Positions 35,019 to 43,089 of a DNA stretch of 52,948 nt are shown here, one piece after another. The translations under genes and the position numbers were made by a program. The DNA lies in IMG/VR virus record IMGVR_UViG_3300025327_000039, positions 1 through 52,948 of that record. The stretch is one strand, 5' to 3'. This DNA is from a virus (taxonomy: Duplodnaviria > Caudoviricetes). Under the pieces are notes generated by a model. That model ran no database searches, was not told where the DNA came from, and saw only the letters and a program-made list of their open reading frames with translations. The first letter of the stretch is position 1; every line of letters starts with the position of its first letter.

Positions 35019-35079
35019 AATCTAGCACTCGTCTTGCTGTGTGTCAACTCTTGACGGCAAGAATTGTGGGAGATACTCT
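35019..35079. promoter_or_regulatory. Back-to-back divergent sigma70 promoters
   Basis: Minus: TTGACA-17-TAGATT. Plus: TTGACG (35051-35056)-17-TACTCT (35074-35079). The -35 boxes are 3 nt apart. Confidence 0.65.
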
Positions 35080-35117
35080 CCTTGTGTTGACTACTCCCAC
35101 ACACCGGAGTCAGTGTT

Positions 35118-35351
35118 TTGGAAAAGAGACCCGTGGATCTACCCTTGGACGAGCTGATTGCTATGGCCGACGACGTACTTGCTCGCAGCGGTCACGTTTG
35201 GCTGAAGTTCACCTGTCAGCACTGTGGTAGCCGACAGATGATTGATGAGCCGGACACTTTCTACATCTTCGCCTCGTGCGAAGAGTGCGGTCAGACCACA
35301 TCATTAGGCGATGTTGGGGGTGGGCTGATGGTGATCCTACCGCTGTCCTAG
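35118..35351 (+). CDS. Small zinc-ribbon protein, solitary + strand gene
   Basis: CQHCG and CEECG. Has its own promoter. Confidence 0.6.
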   Translation: MEKRPVDLPLDELIAMADDVLARSGHVWLKFTCQHCGSRQMIDEPDTFYIFASCEECGQTTSLGDVGGGLMVILPLS

Positions 35352-35767
35352 TCGATTAGGAAGTAGGGCCTGCGGTAGAAGTGTCCCGGGTATGCCAAGC
35401 GCATTTGTCCGATATTCAGTAGCTCAGAGAATCGCTCCTGTTGCTCGGTACTGAGGTGCTGGAAGTAGAACTTCCCAACCTCTTCAAAGTCGATTGTCAG
35501 CTCCGAACCTTCTAGGAGGGGACGAGTCTCGATTGGCCGGCCGAGATAGGCTTTGTAGTTCTTGTCCGTCGGAACGACAGTCCAGTTCTGCGCCACGAAG
35601 CTTAGGAACTGCTCTGGGTGTAGGCTGCCACAGAAGGAGCAGCTGAGAAATGCAGGATCATTGGTGTACTTGACGAAGCTGGTGCCAAGCCTCCAGCTAT
35701 CGAGGTTCTCGGTTCTCTCCCAAGGCCCTGGTTCACTGATGCGTCGTGGGCAGGTTTGCTTTTGCAA
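35348..35767 (-). CDS. Conserved phage hypothetical protein
   Basis: CSFCGSLHP..PTDKNYKAY..KFYFQH. Confidence 0.6.
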   Translation of the reverse strand: MQKQTCPRRISEPGPWERTENLDSWRLGTSFVKYTNDPAFLSCSFCGSLHPEQFLSFVAQNWTVVPTDKNYKAYLGRPIETRPLLEGSELTIDFEEVGKFYFQHLSTEQQERFSELLNIGQMRLAYPGHFYRRPYFLID

Positions 35768-35793
35768 ATGCTTCTTTCCTCTGAATGGGTTGT

Positions 35794-36429
35794 CTAGGTC
35801 TGCAGGTCTCTAATCTCTGCCTGCATCTTACTGATGATGTCCAGCAGCTTCTTCGACCCAACAATGCCCTTGTCCAAGCCGAGTAGCCCCTCTCGTGCTA
35901 TCCGCCCGATCGCCTGTGCGATTGCAGCATCTGTTGTAGTCCTCCTGATGACTGCTTCTACCTCTGCTGTTGTCAAGGCTGCCTCCTGTCCTAGATAGAT
36001 GGCTGGATCCACTGCATAGAATCCCGCGGCTGGTTTCCAGACGATGCTGTCGTCTCGTATTATCTTGTTGGTCCAAAGATCAAAGTGCAGGTGCGGTCCT
36101 AGAGAGTTGCCAGTGGAGCCCACGTATCCGATGATCTGTCCTTGACTGACCGAAGACCCGATGGTGACTTTGGCAGGTCCCGTCATATGCCGGTAGCAGC
36201 AGCGGATGATGATCCCGTCTCCGATAGCAGAGTCGATATAGACCTTGTAGCCGCTCTCGGAGTCGTAGCTCCGGACAGCTACTTTGCCCGCCAAGGAGGA
36301 CTTGATTGGTGTCCACCAAGGAACGGCTATGTCTACAGCGTAGTGCCTACCGAGATAGTAGAAGCTGGCAGCGTACCAGAAGCCTCGGAGGACGTTAGCT
36401 AAGCTACCACAGGGCCAAATGAACTTCAT
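35794..36429 (-). CDS. M23 family metallopeptidase (probable endolysin)
   Basis: HYAVD, YRHM, VSQGQIIGYVGSTGNSLGPHLHF. Confidence 0.9.
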   Translation of the reverse strand: MKFIWPCGSLANVLRGFWYAASFYYLGRHYAVDIAVPWWTPIKSSLAGKVAVRSYDSESGYKVYIDSAIGDGIIIRCCYRHMTGPAKVTIGSSVSQGQIIGYVGSTGNSLGPHLHFDLWTNKIIRDDSIVWKPAAGFYAVDPAIYLGQEAALTTAEVEAVIRRTTTDAAIAQAIGRIAREGLLGLDKGIVGSKKLLDIISKMQAEIRDLQT

Positions 36430-36677
36430 GGCTTCACTCCATCCTTTACGGAGTCAGACACGACTGCGTAGCCAGTCTCTTGTGGGTTAGGTAGCTGTGA
36501 TCCGTGCTTCTTTGTGGTCCACCCCGAGCCACGGAATATCGCAGCAGGCAGACTGAATTGGCGCCTGGCAACCTCTCTGCAGTTATCGCCCCTGCAGGGA
36601 TGTTCTGGCTCCGCATCGAATCCTTGGGTCAGGTCGTAGGTGTGCCCTTGGGGGCAGGCGTATTCGTAGATTGGCAT
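36426..36677 (-). CDS. FmdB-family zinc-ribbon protein
   Basis: MPIYEYAC..GH..C....C..FRGSGW. Confidence 0.85.
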   Translation of the reverse strand: MPIYEYACPQGHTYDLTQGFDAEPEHPCRGDNCREVARRQFSLPAAIFRGSGWTTKKHGSQLPNPQETGYAVVSDSVKDGVKP

Positions 36678-37043
36678 TCAGGCCCTCGTGGTAGTCTGCA
36701 GTTCGCGCAGCAGGAGGCTCTGGATAGCTTCCGAGCGCAGACGTGCAACCAATGCGATTATCTCCTCTAGGTCTAGCTTACTACCATGCTTTTCCAGCTG
36801 TCGAATTAGGTTACGTCTAGTCTCTTCTGCCGCGCCGATAGCTGTGGCAAGGGCCGCTCTGCTACTAGAGCTAAGTATGGTATGCAAGGGAAGCACTGCC
36901 TCGTTCAGTGCTAGGCCTCGGTCGGCGGCTACGGTTCGGATATCAAATAGGGGATCCCCCTCGAAGGCGATGTAACCAATGCCTTCTGGGGTGCTGAGAC
37001 GTAGGTGTGGGACGTCAGTCTTCTTGCTCTGCTTCTTTGCCAT
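36678..37043 (-). CDS. Hypothetical protein
   Basis: In operon; overlaps or abuts its neighbours. Confidence 0.5.
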   Translation of the reverse strand: MAKKQSKKTDVPHLRLSTPEGIGYIAFEGDPLFDIRTVAADRGLALNEAVLPLHTILSSSSRAALATAIGAAEETRRNLIRQLEKHGSKLDLEEIIALVARLRSEAIQSLLLRELQTTTRA

Positions 37044-37275
37044 GGCTTCTTGATTGAAACAGGAGCTCTCCGTCTTCTTGGATGCCTATGGCCAAGGTTC
37101 CCCTAATGACTCCGGTTAGCAGCAGTGCTCTGCTTCTGGTCTCTTCTGCCCAACGTACTGCAGCGATCGCTCTCTCCACCGGGACGTTGCCGCTGCCCAG
37201 TAGCACTGCCCTGTATATCGCTGTGACCTCTTCGAGGCTGAGGAGCTTGATCTCTCTCTCTTCACTCACCTGCAC
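37015..37275 (-). CDS. Hypothetical protein
   Basis: In operon. Confidence 0.45.
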   Translation of the reverse strand: MQVSEEREIKLLSLEEVTAIYRAVLLGSGNVPVERAIAAVRWAEETRSRALLLTGVIRGTLAIGIQEDGELLFQSRSHGKEAEQED

Positions 37276-37278
37276 GTA

Positions 37279-37737
37279 CTAACCTGCTCTCACGAGGATG
37301 AATCTGTTGTCGTTCAAGTAGCGCTCCAGAATTGGCAGCACGTCCTCTTCTTTGAGCCGGCCGTTGCCGCAACCAACCAGCGGCACAGCTATTTCACCAG
37401 CGAGGTGGAAAATGCGGGCCAGTTTGGCTAGCTGCTGTGTGCTCTTCTCAATCACCTCTAGGGAGGCCTCAGAGCGCCAGGAGAGCCAGGGGGCGTCCTC
37501 GTTAAGGGGTTTGACCGGGAAGAGGATCAAGTCCTCGTAGAGGTGGATCCTAGGGCCGCTGGTCATCTTCTGGCAGGCACCACCGTACCATTCAGCAAGA
37601 CCGGGGTATCTCCCCTCGGCCTGTTTGGCCAAGCCGCGGCCCATCACGTTGGCTCCGTCTTTGCGCCATCCCACATTTGTTGGGATCACTTTGAGGTGTT
37701 CTGCCAGAGACCAGATGTCGGCGACGATCTGTCGCAA
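37279..37737 (-). CDS. Macrodomain-like ADP-ribose-binding/hydrolase protein
   Basis: IPTN..NVMGRGLAKQ..FPVK..PLVGCGNGRL. Confidence 0.8.
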   Translation of the reverse strand: MRQIVADIWSLAEHLKVIPTNVGWRKDGANVMGRGLAKQAEGRYPGLAEWYGGACQKMTSGPRIHLYEDLILFPVKPLNEDAPWLSWRSEASLEVIEKSTQQLAKLARIFHLAGEIAVPLVGCGNGRLKEEDVLPILERYLNDNRFILVRAG

Positions 37738-37808
37738 CTTCCCCTCCCTGAGTGGTTTGTGGTTGGGACTATACCAAAGAGCAGGCTGTCGCTGTCAAGG
37801 CCTTATTG

Positions 37809-38294
37809 TCACGTGGAGGCAGTCTCTTCTTCAATGACTGCTATCTCTCTGAGGGTAGCTATCGCTGCGTCGAGAGAAGTCAGGAGAGGGATGCCATAGC
37901 GAACACAGACGATCTCCACGTTACCCCTGCGCCAGAATCCTTCAGGACAACAGACGACCAAGTGCTTGCTTCGGTGTGCGTGGAGACCGAGCTCGAGTAA
38001 TGAGATGGGAGACATTGTTCTCGGGGAGAGATAGAGGAGGATATAGCTGCAAGCCTCCAAGTACTTCAACTCCCACTCTACCTGCTCACGGAACTGTGGG
38101 TTGTTGATGGATTGCTCCCACGAAGAGTCCCAGTCATCCCTGCGAGGATTGAGCACGTGGAAGCCTGCTTTCTCTAAGACGCGGCCGCACTCTGCCTGCC
38201 AATCCTCAGCGGCGCCCATCTCGATGCTGCCGGCCAAGAATACTGATGTTGACTCGAACTGATCCAGTTCTTGGGGTGCCTTGGTGATTGTCAT
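37809..38294 (-). CDS. Nucleoside 2-deoxyribosyltransferase-like protein
   Basis: VFLAGSIEMG..DWQ..NPRRDDW..QVEWE..SPISLLELG. Confidence 0.9.
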   Translation of the reverse strand: MTITKAPQELDQFESTSVFLAGSIEMGAAEDWQAECGRVLEKAGFHVLNPRRDDWDSSWEQSINNPQFREQVEWELKYLEACSYILLYLSPRTMSPISLLELGLHAHRSKHLVVCCPEGFWRRGNVEIVCVRYGIPLLTSLDAAIATLREIAVIEEETAST

Positions 38295-38713
38295 GGCCGC
38301 TCTCCTTCTAGCAAACGCTCGAATGCCTCAACGTTGCCCATTGCGTCGTTGACTGGGTTATGGTCGTGTGGGGTTACCCTAAGTGACTTCCACTCCTGCG
38401 TCTTGTAGAAGTCTCCGACCAGCCCAGCATAGAAGTCGGAGATGCGACGAGCGGAGTGTCCAAAAGGGTTGTAGCCAAGATGCTTGTGGAAAGCGTAATT
38501 GATTCCCTGCCAATCATACGCAGGATTGTCGGAGACGAATATCGGTCGTCCGGGGAATTGCTGCAACCAGTCAACAAAAGCCTTGAAGGTGTCATGACTA
38601 TCATTTTCACCATAGAAGGTCTTCCGTGTTTTGAATTCAACAGCACCGAACTCTCGCATCCGTCCTGCTAAGACATCGATGCCTTCGCAATCTACAAAAA
38701 TGAGACTTATCAC
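38291..38713 (-). CDS. DEDD(h) 3'-5' exo(ribo)nuclease
   Basis: FVDCE, SDNPAYDW, HDHNPVNDA. Confidence 0.8.
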   Translation of the reverse strand: MISLIFVDCEGIDVLAGRMREFGAVEFKTRKTFYGENDSHDTFKAFVDWLQQFPGRPIFVSDNPAYDWQGINYAFHKHLGYNPFGHSARRISDFYAGLVGDFYKTQEWKSLRVTPHDHNPVNDAMGNVEAFERLLEGERP

Positions 38714-39168
38714 TTCCCTGCGACCCTCCTACTCCGGATGTGCTTGGCCCGGCAAGTTCTACACTGCCTGAATCCCTTGGGGGTACGATAGGTGTTTCTA
38801 GGTGAATATGGATGGCCGCTTGGGCAAGAGGTCTTGGCAGCGTGTGCTGCCGTGATAGTCTTTCCCCGCAAGAGGTTAATTCTGCAGGTTACTGCCTCAA
38901 GGTGTTGGGGGCGAACACAAGCACGATTGCGGCAGAGATGATCTAGTTGGTGTCCAGCCGGAATCGGCCCGTAAACTTGCTCATAGGACCACCGATGCCC
39001 TAGGACAGGCCGACCGTTGATGTTGATTTCGGCGTACCCCGCTCCGGTGATGGCACCTAGCCAAAGCCAACAGTCACCTGACTTGTCCACCTTCTCCCAG
39101 AATCGTTCTTCAACCGAGCGGCCGGGGGCAGGACCGTGCCCTTCGCAGTCTACGAAGATCAGCGTCAT
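38710..39168 (-). CDS. Free-standing HNH homing endonuclease
   Basis: ERFWEKVDKSGDCWLW..HRWSY..DHLCRNRACVRPQHL..N, then CPSGHPY..CRTC. ATG 39168 forms an ATGA overlap. Confidence 0.9.
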   Translation of the reverse strand: MTLIFVDCEGHGPAPGRSVEERFWEKVDKSGDCWLWLGAITGAGYAEININGRPVLGHRWSYEQVYGPIPAGHQLDHLCRNRACVRPQHLEAVTCRINLLRGKTITAAHAAKTSCPSGHPYSPRNTYRTPKGFRQCRTCRAKHIRSRRVAGK

Positions 39169-40022
39169 GAGAAGGTGTCCGGTGTCGCCGGTGGTGGCTC
39201 GGGTGGCGCCTCCTTGTGTGGCCTCTTGCCTTGCTCTGTTGTAAAGCCAGCAGCAGCTGAATGTCCTCCGCCACCAAATTGCTTGGCTACCTCGCTGACA
39301 TCGAAGCCGCCTTTGGAGCGCAGTCCCCACTGTTGCTTGCCGTCTGCCCTATCGAAGTAGTAAGCAGCAAAGGGTGCCTCTTGGTACATCTCGCAGAGCT
39401 TCTCCCCGACCTCGCTGAAGAAGAGAGTAGCGTTGGCCACCGGCACTCGGTAGCCACCGAGCTCCATCCAAACAGCTTGCTCGCACATCTGCTCCACGCA
39501 GCGCGACTGGAAGCGGAGGATCGCCTTCCCTTCGCTGACGACCTTCTGCAGCTCCAACTCCAGCTGGAGATTAGCATGGTTCCACTGCTCGAAGTCCATC
39601 GGCCATGACCGCATCCAAGCCGCAATCTCTCGGCTGAATGGTAGACGAAATTGCCAGAGATCCCTGTCTTGGACATACATGATCAGCGGCGCGGGGGAAT
39701 CGTCTGGACAGAAGTGTTCCCACGCCAGCATCGCCCCGCTCTTCTCCATATCGAAGGTGCAGTAGTCCAGCCCGGCGAGATCAGTCTCCGCAGTCCTATG
39801 GTGATCTTTGACTAGCAGGGAGGCGCAGCGGTCGTGCAGATCCTCCAACACTACCCGAGGGTAGGAGAAGTCAACGATGACGACGTCCTGCCCGTCAAGG
39901 CTAGCTGGTGGTGGGTTTCCGTAGAGAACCGGTATGTACTCGGCAGTGTCTCCCAGCTTCAGCCAAGCAGCCCAAGCGGCACCGAAGCCATCGAAACAGT
40001 GTGCGTGGTAGAGGATCTTCAT
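39165..40022 (-). CDS. DHH/DHHA1 phosphoesterase
   Basis: YHAHCFDG, VDFS, DHH, QDRDLW, GGGGHSAAAGF. Confidence 0.9.
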   Translation of the reverse strand: MKILYHAHCFDGFGAAWAAWLKLGDTAEYIPVLYGNPPPASLDGQDVVIVDFSYPRVVLEDLHDRCASLLVKDHHRTAETDLAGLDYCTFDMEKSGAMLAWEHFCPDDSPAPLIMYVQDRDLWQFRLPFSREIAAWMRSWPMDFEQWNHANLQLELELQKVVSEGKAILRFQSRCVEQMCEQAVWMELGGYRVPVANATLFFSEVGEKLCEMYQEAPFAAYYFDRADGKQQWGLRSKGGFDVSEVAKQFGGGGHSAAAGFTTEQGKRPHKEAPPEPPPATPDTFS

Positions 40023-40024
40023 GT

Positions 40025-40252
40025 CTACTCCAAGAGATATGCGAGCTCGCTTGGGATCTCTGACCCCAGTTCCTTCGCCGCGGCCAAGGTTTCCTTTAGG
40101 GCATCCTCAATGTTTGCAAGAGCCTCTTCGAAGGTCTCTCCCTGCGACACGCAGGATGGATAGAGGGGAACGCTAGCGACGTAGCCACCCTCCTCGGCCC
40201 GCTCGAATTCATACTCGATACCAGCTTGGATCACCCTTAACTTCTTTGTCAT
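40025..40252 (-). CDS. hicB: HicB-family antitoxin (orphan, RNase H-like domain only)
   Basis: EEGGYVASVP.YPSCVSQGETFEEALANIEDAL. Confidence 0.85.
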   Translation of the reverse strand: MTKKLRVIQAGIEYEFERAEEGGYVASVPLYPSCVSQGETFEEALANIEDALKETLAAAKELGSEIPSELAYLLE

Positions 40253-40299
40253 ATCTTCAGTCTCCTCTCTTGCTCAGCTTGGACCTCTTGGAGCTTCTT

Positions 40300-40509
40300 C
40301 TAGTGTTCATTCTCCTTGTCTCCTATTAGCTTTACCTCTGCTGCACCCTTCACGCAGGTGGGACGATCGTTGCAGTAGCGGACGTTCTGGGTTGCCACCA
40401 CACCATTTGGGAACTCTACTGGTGTAGAGAGTACAGAGATCTGTGCATCTGGGCGCTCCTCTCTGCAGACGTGGCAGGTCCAAGTCAGGGTTTGTGGATC
40501 GAAGACCAT
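40300..40509 (-). CDS. Small Cys-containing hypothetical protein
   Basis: WTCHVC..NVRYCNDRPTC. TAATG overlap. Confidence 0.55.
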   Translation of the reverse strand: MVFDPQTLTWTCHVCREERPDAQISVLSTPVEFPNGVVATQNVRYCNDRPTCVKGAAEVKLIGDKENEH

Positions 40510-40910
40510 TAGCGGCGTCCTTTCGCTCCTGCTCCTCGTCTCATATCTCGCCTCTCTTCTCTCTGCTCTATGTTCTTTGTTCTCTCCGAGTCGTCTAGCT
40601 GCTTGAGCTGCCGGCCACGTCCTACTCTTCGCGCCTTGACTTCGTTCAGGAAGTCACCGAGATCCATGGCGGCCAACTGAAGAACGAGCTCTCCCTTCTT
40701 AGTGATCGTGTAGCTGATCTTCTTGTCACCTTGTCTCCAGTCCACACCCGGGTGGTGGGCGATTAGGCCCTCGGCAAGCAGTGTTTTGACTGTGCTTACG
40801 AAGCGACTATGGTCTATCCTGTCAAATAGCCGGTTGTTGGTTGTCGACTCTCGTATTGCAACCAGCACCTGGAGGTGCCGACCGGATAGAGAGATCTGGA
40901 AGAGGATCAC
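40509..40910 (-). CDS. Winged-helix-like hypothetical protein
   Basis: TLLAEGLI...YTITKKG. Confidence 0.5.
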   Translation of the reverse strand: MILFQISLSGRHLQVLVAIRESTTNNRLFDRIDHSRFVSTVKTLLAEGLIAHHPGVDWRQGDKKISYTITKKGELVLQLAAMDLGDFLNEVKARRVGRGRQLKQLDDSERTKNIEQREERRDMRRGAGAKGRR

Positions 40911-40931
40911 TGCTGCCCTACTTCCCAGTGA

Positions 40932-41159
40932 TCAGTCTGGGCGCTTCTTCACCGGCCACCTGTCCATCTCATCTGCAAATGCTCGGATCTCGCTGACAGT
41001 GTCCTCGTCATAGCCCTCGAATGCTAGCCGGGACGCGTAGTGGCGCACGATGTCCGCGGCGAACATGTCTTGGGCCCTGAGGAGGAAGACAGGTTCTCCT
41101 TCTGGGATCAGCTTCTCCGAGGTCAGGATGCGGCCGTACTTCATGGCGTCGTTGACCAT
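40932..41159 (-). CDS. Conserved small phage protein
   Basis: IPEGEPVFLLRAQD..A..YA..KRPD. AAGGAG SD before MVNDAMK. Confidence 0.6.
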   Translation of the reverse strand: MVNDAMKYGRILTSEKLIPEGEPVFLLRAQDMFAADIVRHYASRLAFEGYDEDTVSEIRAFADEMDRWPVKKRPD

Positions 41160-41303
41160 CTCACTCCTTCTCCTTCCTGGGTGGTTCGTCCTTCTCTTTG
41201 CCGGTTGCCACTGTGTTTGCTGCGTCGGCAAGTCCTTGTAAGACTCTGTACGGTGCCAGTACGGTTTCCTTAACGATCTTGCGCAGGATGTTCATGCTTA
41301 TAT

Positions 41304-42116
41304 CTAACCTCTCTTGTAGCTGGCGACCTTCCTGATCGAAGCCACCCTCTCCTTCCCCATTCCATATACCTTTAGCAGCTTCTTCCCTCCGTTCTCAAAT
41401 ACGTCCTGCAGGACCTCCCATGTTGACATCTCATTGAGTATGGTGCCGGCTATCTCCTCTCCGATCTTTGGGAACATCAGGGCCCGTAGTGCTGCCAGCT
41501 CGGTGTCATCCATGGAGAAGAGCGGCCGGCGAGTGTCCACCGACCACGTTGCCTTGTGGTCCTGCTTCTCGAAGTAGTGGACATAGCTCGCTACTCTATG
41601 CATGAGCAGTTGATTGTCAGGGACAGAGTCGACCAGAAGCCCGGGCAGATCCTGCGGCAGAGAGAGATGCAGCCAGTTCATGAAGCCATCGTAGAGAACC
41701 CGGTGCTGATCCCAACCGTACGTGTCGCAGAATCCGTCCTTGGTTACTGATAGCTTCCCACCAAAGCAGAAGATCGGTATGTCGTAGCTGTCGTAGAGCC
41801 CGCGTAGCTGACGTTGGAGCTCCTTTGTCTTGAAGCGAGCCAGCATCTCCGGAACCTTCTTCACCTCCACTCCTACAGTGAAGCCGTGCGTCCTTGATTG
41901 CCAACAGTAATCCCCAAAGTCGAGCTCCGGGTAGGCCTGTGCTTGCTCGTAGAGGACTTCGAAGCCTCTTGCCTCAAGCTCCGCAATGCGCTCCGGGGGT
42001 TCTCGCCAATCAGCTACGACTGTTGGTAGCTTACTGTCGGCCGCAGTAGGGCCATGGTCCCCAGCTCGTTCCGCCCCGGGAGAGTAGGTAAGCAGCCCTC
42101 GCGTTCTCCCTGTCAT
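41304..42116 (-). CDS. ERCC4/XPF-like nuclease with C-terminal HhH
   Basis: VADWRE, LDFGDY, VEVK, FPKIGEEIA, VYGMGKER. Confidence 0.7.
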   Translation of the reverse strand: MTGRTRGLLTYSPGAERAGDHGPTAADSKLPTVVADWREPPERIAELEARGFEVLYEQAQAYPELDFGDYCWQSRTHGFTVGVEVKKVPEMLARFKTKELQRQLRGLYDSYDIPIFCFGGKLSVTKDGFCDTYGWDQHRVLYDGFMNWLHLSLPQDLPGLLVDSVPDNQLLMHRVASYVHYFEKQDHKATWSVDTRRPLFSMDDTELAALRALMFPKIGEEIAGTILNEMSTWEVLQDVFENGGKKLLKVYGMGKERVASIRKVASYKRG

Positions 42117-42660
42117 CGTACAGGTTCGTGTTGGCTGGCAGGGAGTGACCCAAGTGTCCTGTCCAGATTTGGAACAGACCGACGAACTTGCGTCCTTCGT
42201 GATACGCCGAGGGATTCTGACCGAAGGTGGACTCGCACTCTGCTACTCGCTTCGCTTTGTCAGCTGTGGCGCCGAAGACTTCTTCGATGATTGCGGCGAC
42301 GACTGCACGGCTGTTCCTGTCTCCAATAGTAGGCTTGGATCCCGCAGGCTCGTACTCGTTGTAGCCAGCCACAGCTTCCGCTGTAAGTGGATTGGGAGCA
42401 GGCGTAGGAGTTGGTGTGGGAGTAGGTGTCTGGCGAGGCGGACGAGGACGGAGGCTTTCTGCCAGCTGACGTCGGAGCGACAGGTCCGGCAGAAACTCCA
42501 AGTCCAGAGAGGCAGGTACCAGACTCTCTTGGACGACTGTGGATGGCTGCAGCTCATGTTGTTCCTCACTATGAAGACCACTGCCCAGCAAGCCTCCTAG
42601 AAGGCTGGCTAGAATGATGAACAGGTGTGAAGCTAGTTTCCTAGCTGTTCTGTTCCTAAT
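42031..42660 (-). CDS. SLT/lysozyme-like transglycosylase with Pro-Thr linker and probable N-terminal anchor
   Basis: VAECES, GLFQI, NARAA, SWGPW, and TPTPTPTPTP. The start is uncertain: TTG 42591 or ATT 42660. Confidence 0.7.
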   Translation of the reverse strand: MRNRTARKLASHLFIILASLLGGLLGSGLHSEEQHELQPSTVVQESLVPASLDLEFLPDLSLRRQLAESLRPRPPRQTPTPTPTPTPAPNPLTAEAVAGYNEYEPAGSKPTIGDRNSRAVVAAIIEEVFGATADKAKRVAECESTFGQNPSAYHEGRKFVGLFQIWTGHLGHSLPANTNLYDDRENARAAYLLSRGGTSWGPWPYCGRQ

Positions 42661-42897
42661 GGTCTAGGGGACCTGAGGTTCAGGCGTCTAGGCCGATGTC
42701 TCTGCTGAGGATTCCCTTGCCAAGGGGAATCAGGCCTGCCTCAGGCTCCTTCTCTGTATCAAGATTTGATCCATCCTTTCGCAGGGCTTCAACGTCGTCG
42801 GCATTATAACAGACTTATCCTTATTGGCTAGGTGAGCTACACGGCGAAGCCCGTAAAGGCCGAGGGTGCGGCGACTTTTGGTACTGTACCGTGTAGC

Positions 42898-43089
42898 TCA
42901 CTTAGACAACAAAGGTGCCAGCTGCTCTTTCAACTCGCGAATGGTGTCCTCCAGTGAATCTACTCTTCGGTTGATGGCTTCCAGTGCGCTGTCGGCATCG
43001 CTTGGGTTGTCTCGGCGGTGTGTAGGGAGCTGAGGGGGCAGGGAATGTCCGGGGTGTGATTCTTTCTTCCCTTGGCGCTCAGCCATCAT
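42898..43089 (-). CDS. Small coiled-coil hypothetical protein
   Basis: Overlaps the ATPase stop; heptad-like C-terminus. Confidence 0.45.
   Translation of the reverse strand: MMAERQGKKESHPGHSLPPQLPTHRRDNPSDADSALEAINRRVDSLEDTIRELKEQLAPLLSK

Noticed and set aside
34990-35020. Cobalamin riboswitch (GGGAAG / GCCACTG words)
   Set aside because: The motifs are in the wrong order, lie on the strand opposite the promoter, and the remaining core is missing.
42610-42800. Canonical c-di-AMP (ydaO) riboswitch call
   Set aside because: Only loose resemblance (CGTTGAAGCC..GAAAGG, CAGCTA). The GGGGTGAAT and CCCGAACCCG elements are not seen, so it is kept as an unassigned structured leader.
42898-42900. 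Selenocysteine recoding of TGA
   Set aside because: The stem includes the TGA itself, lacks bacterial SECIS geometry, and there is no redox-motif context.
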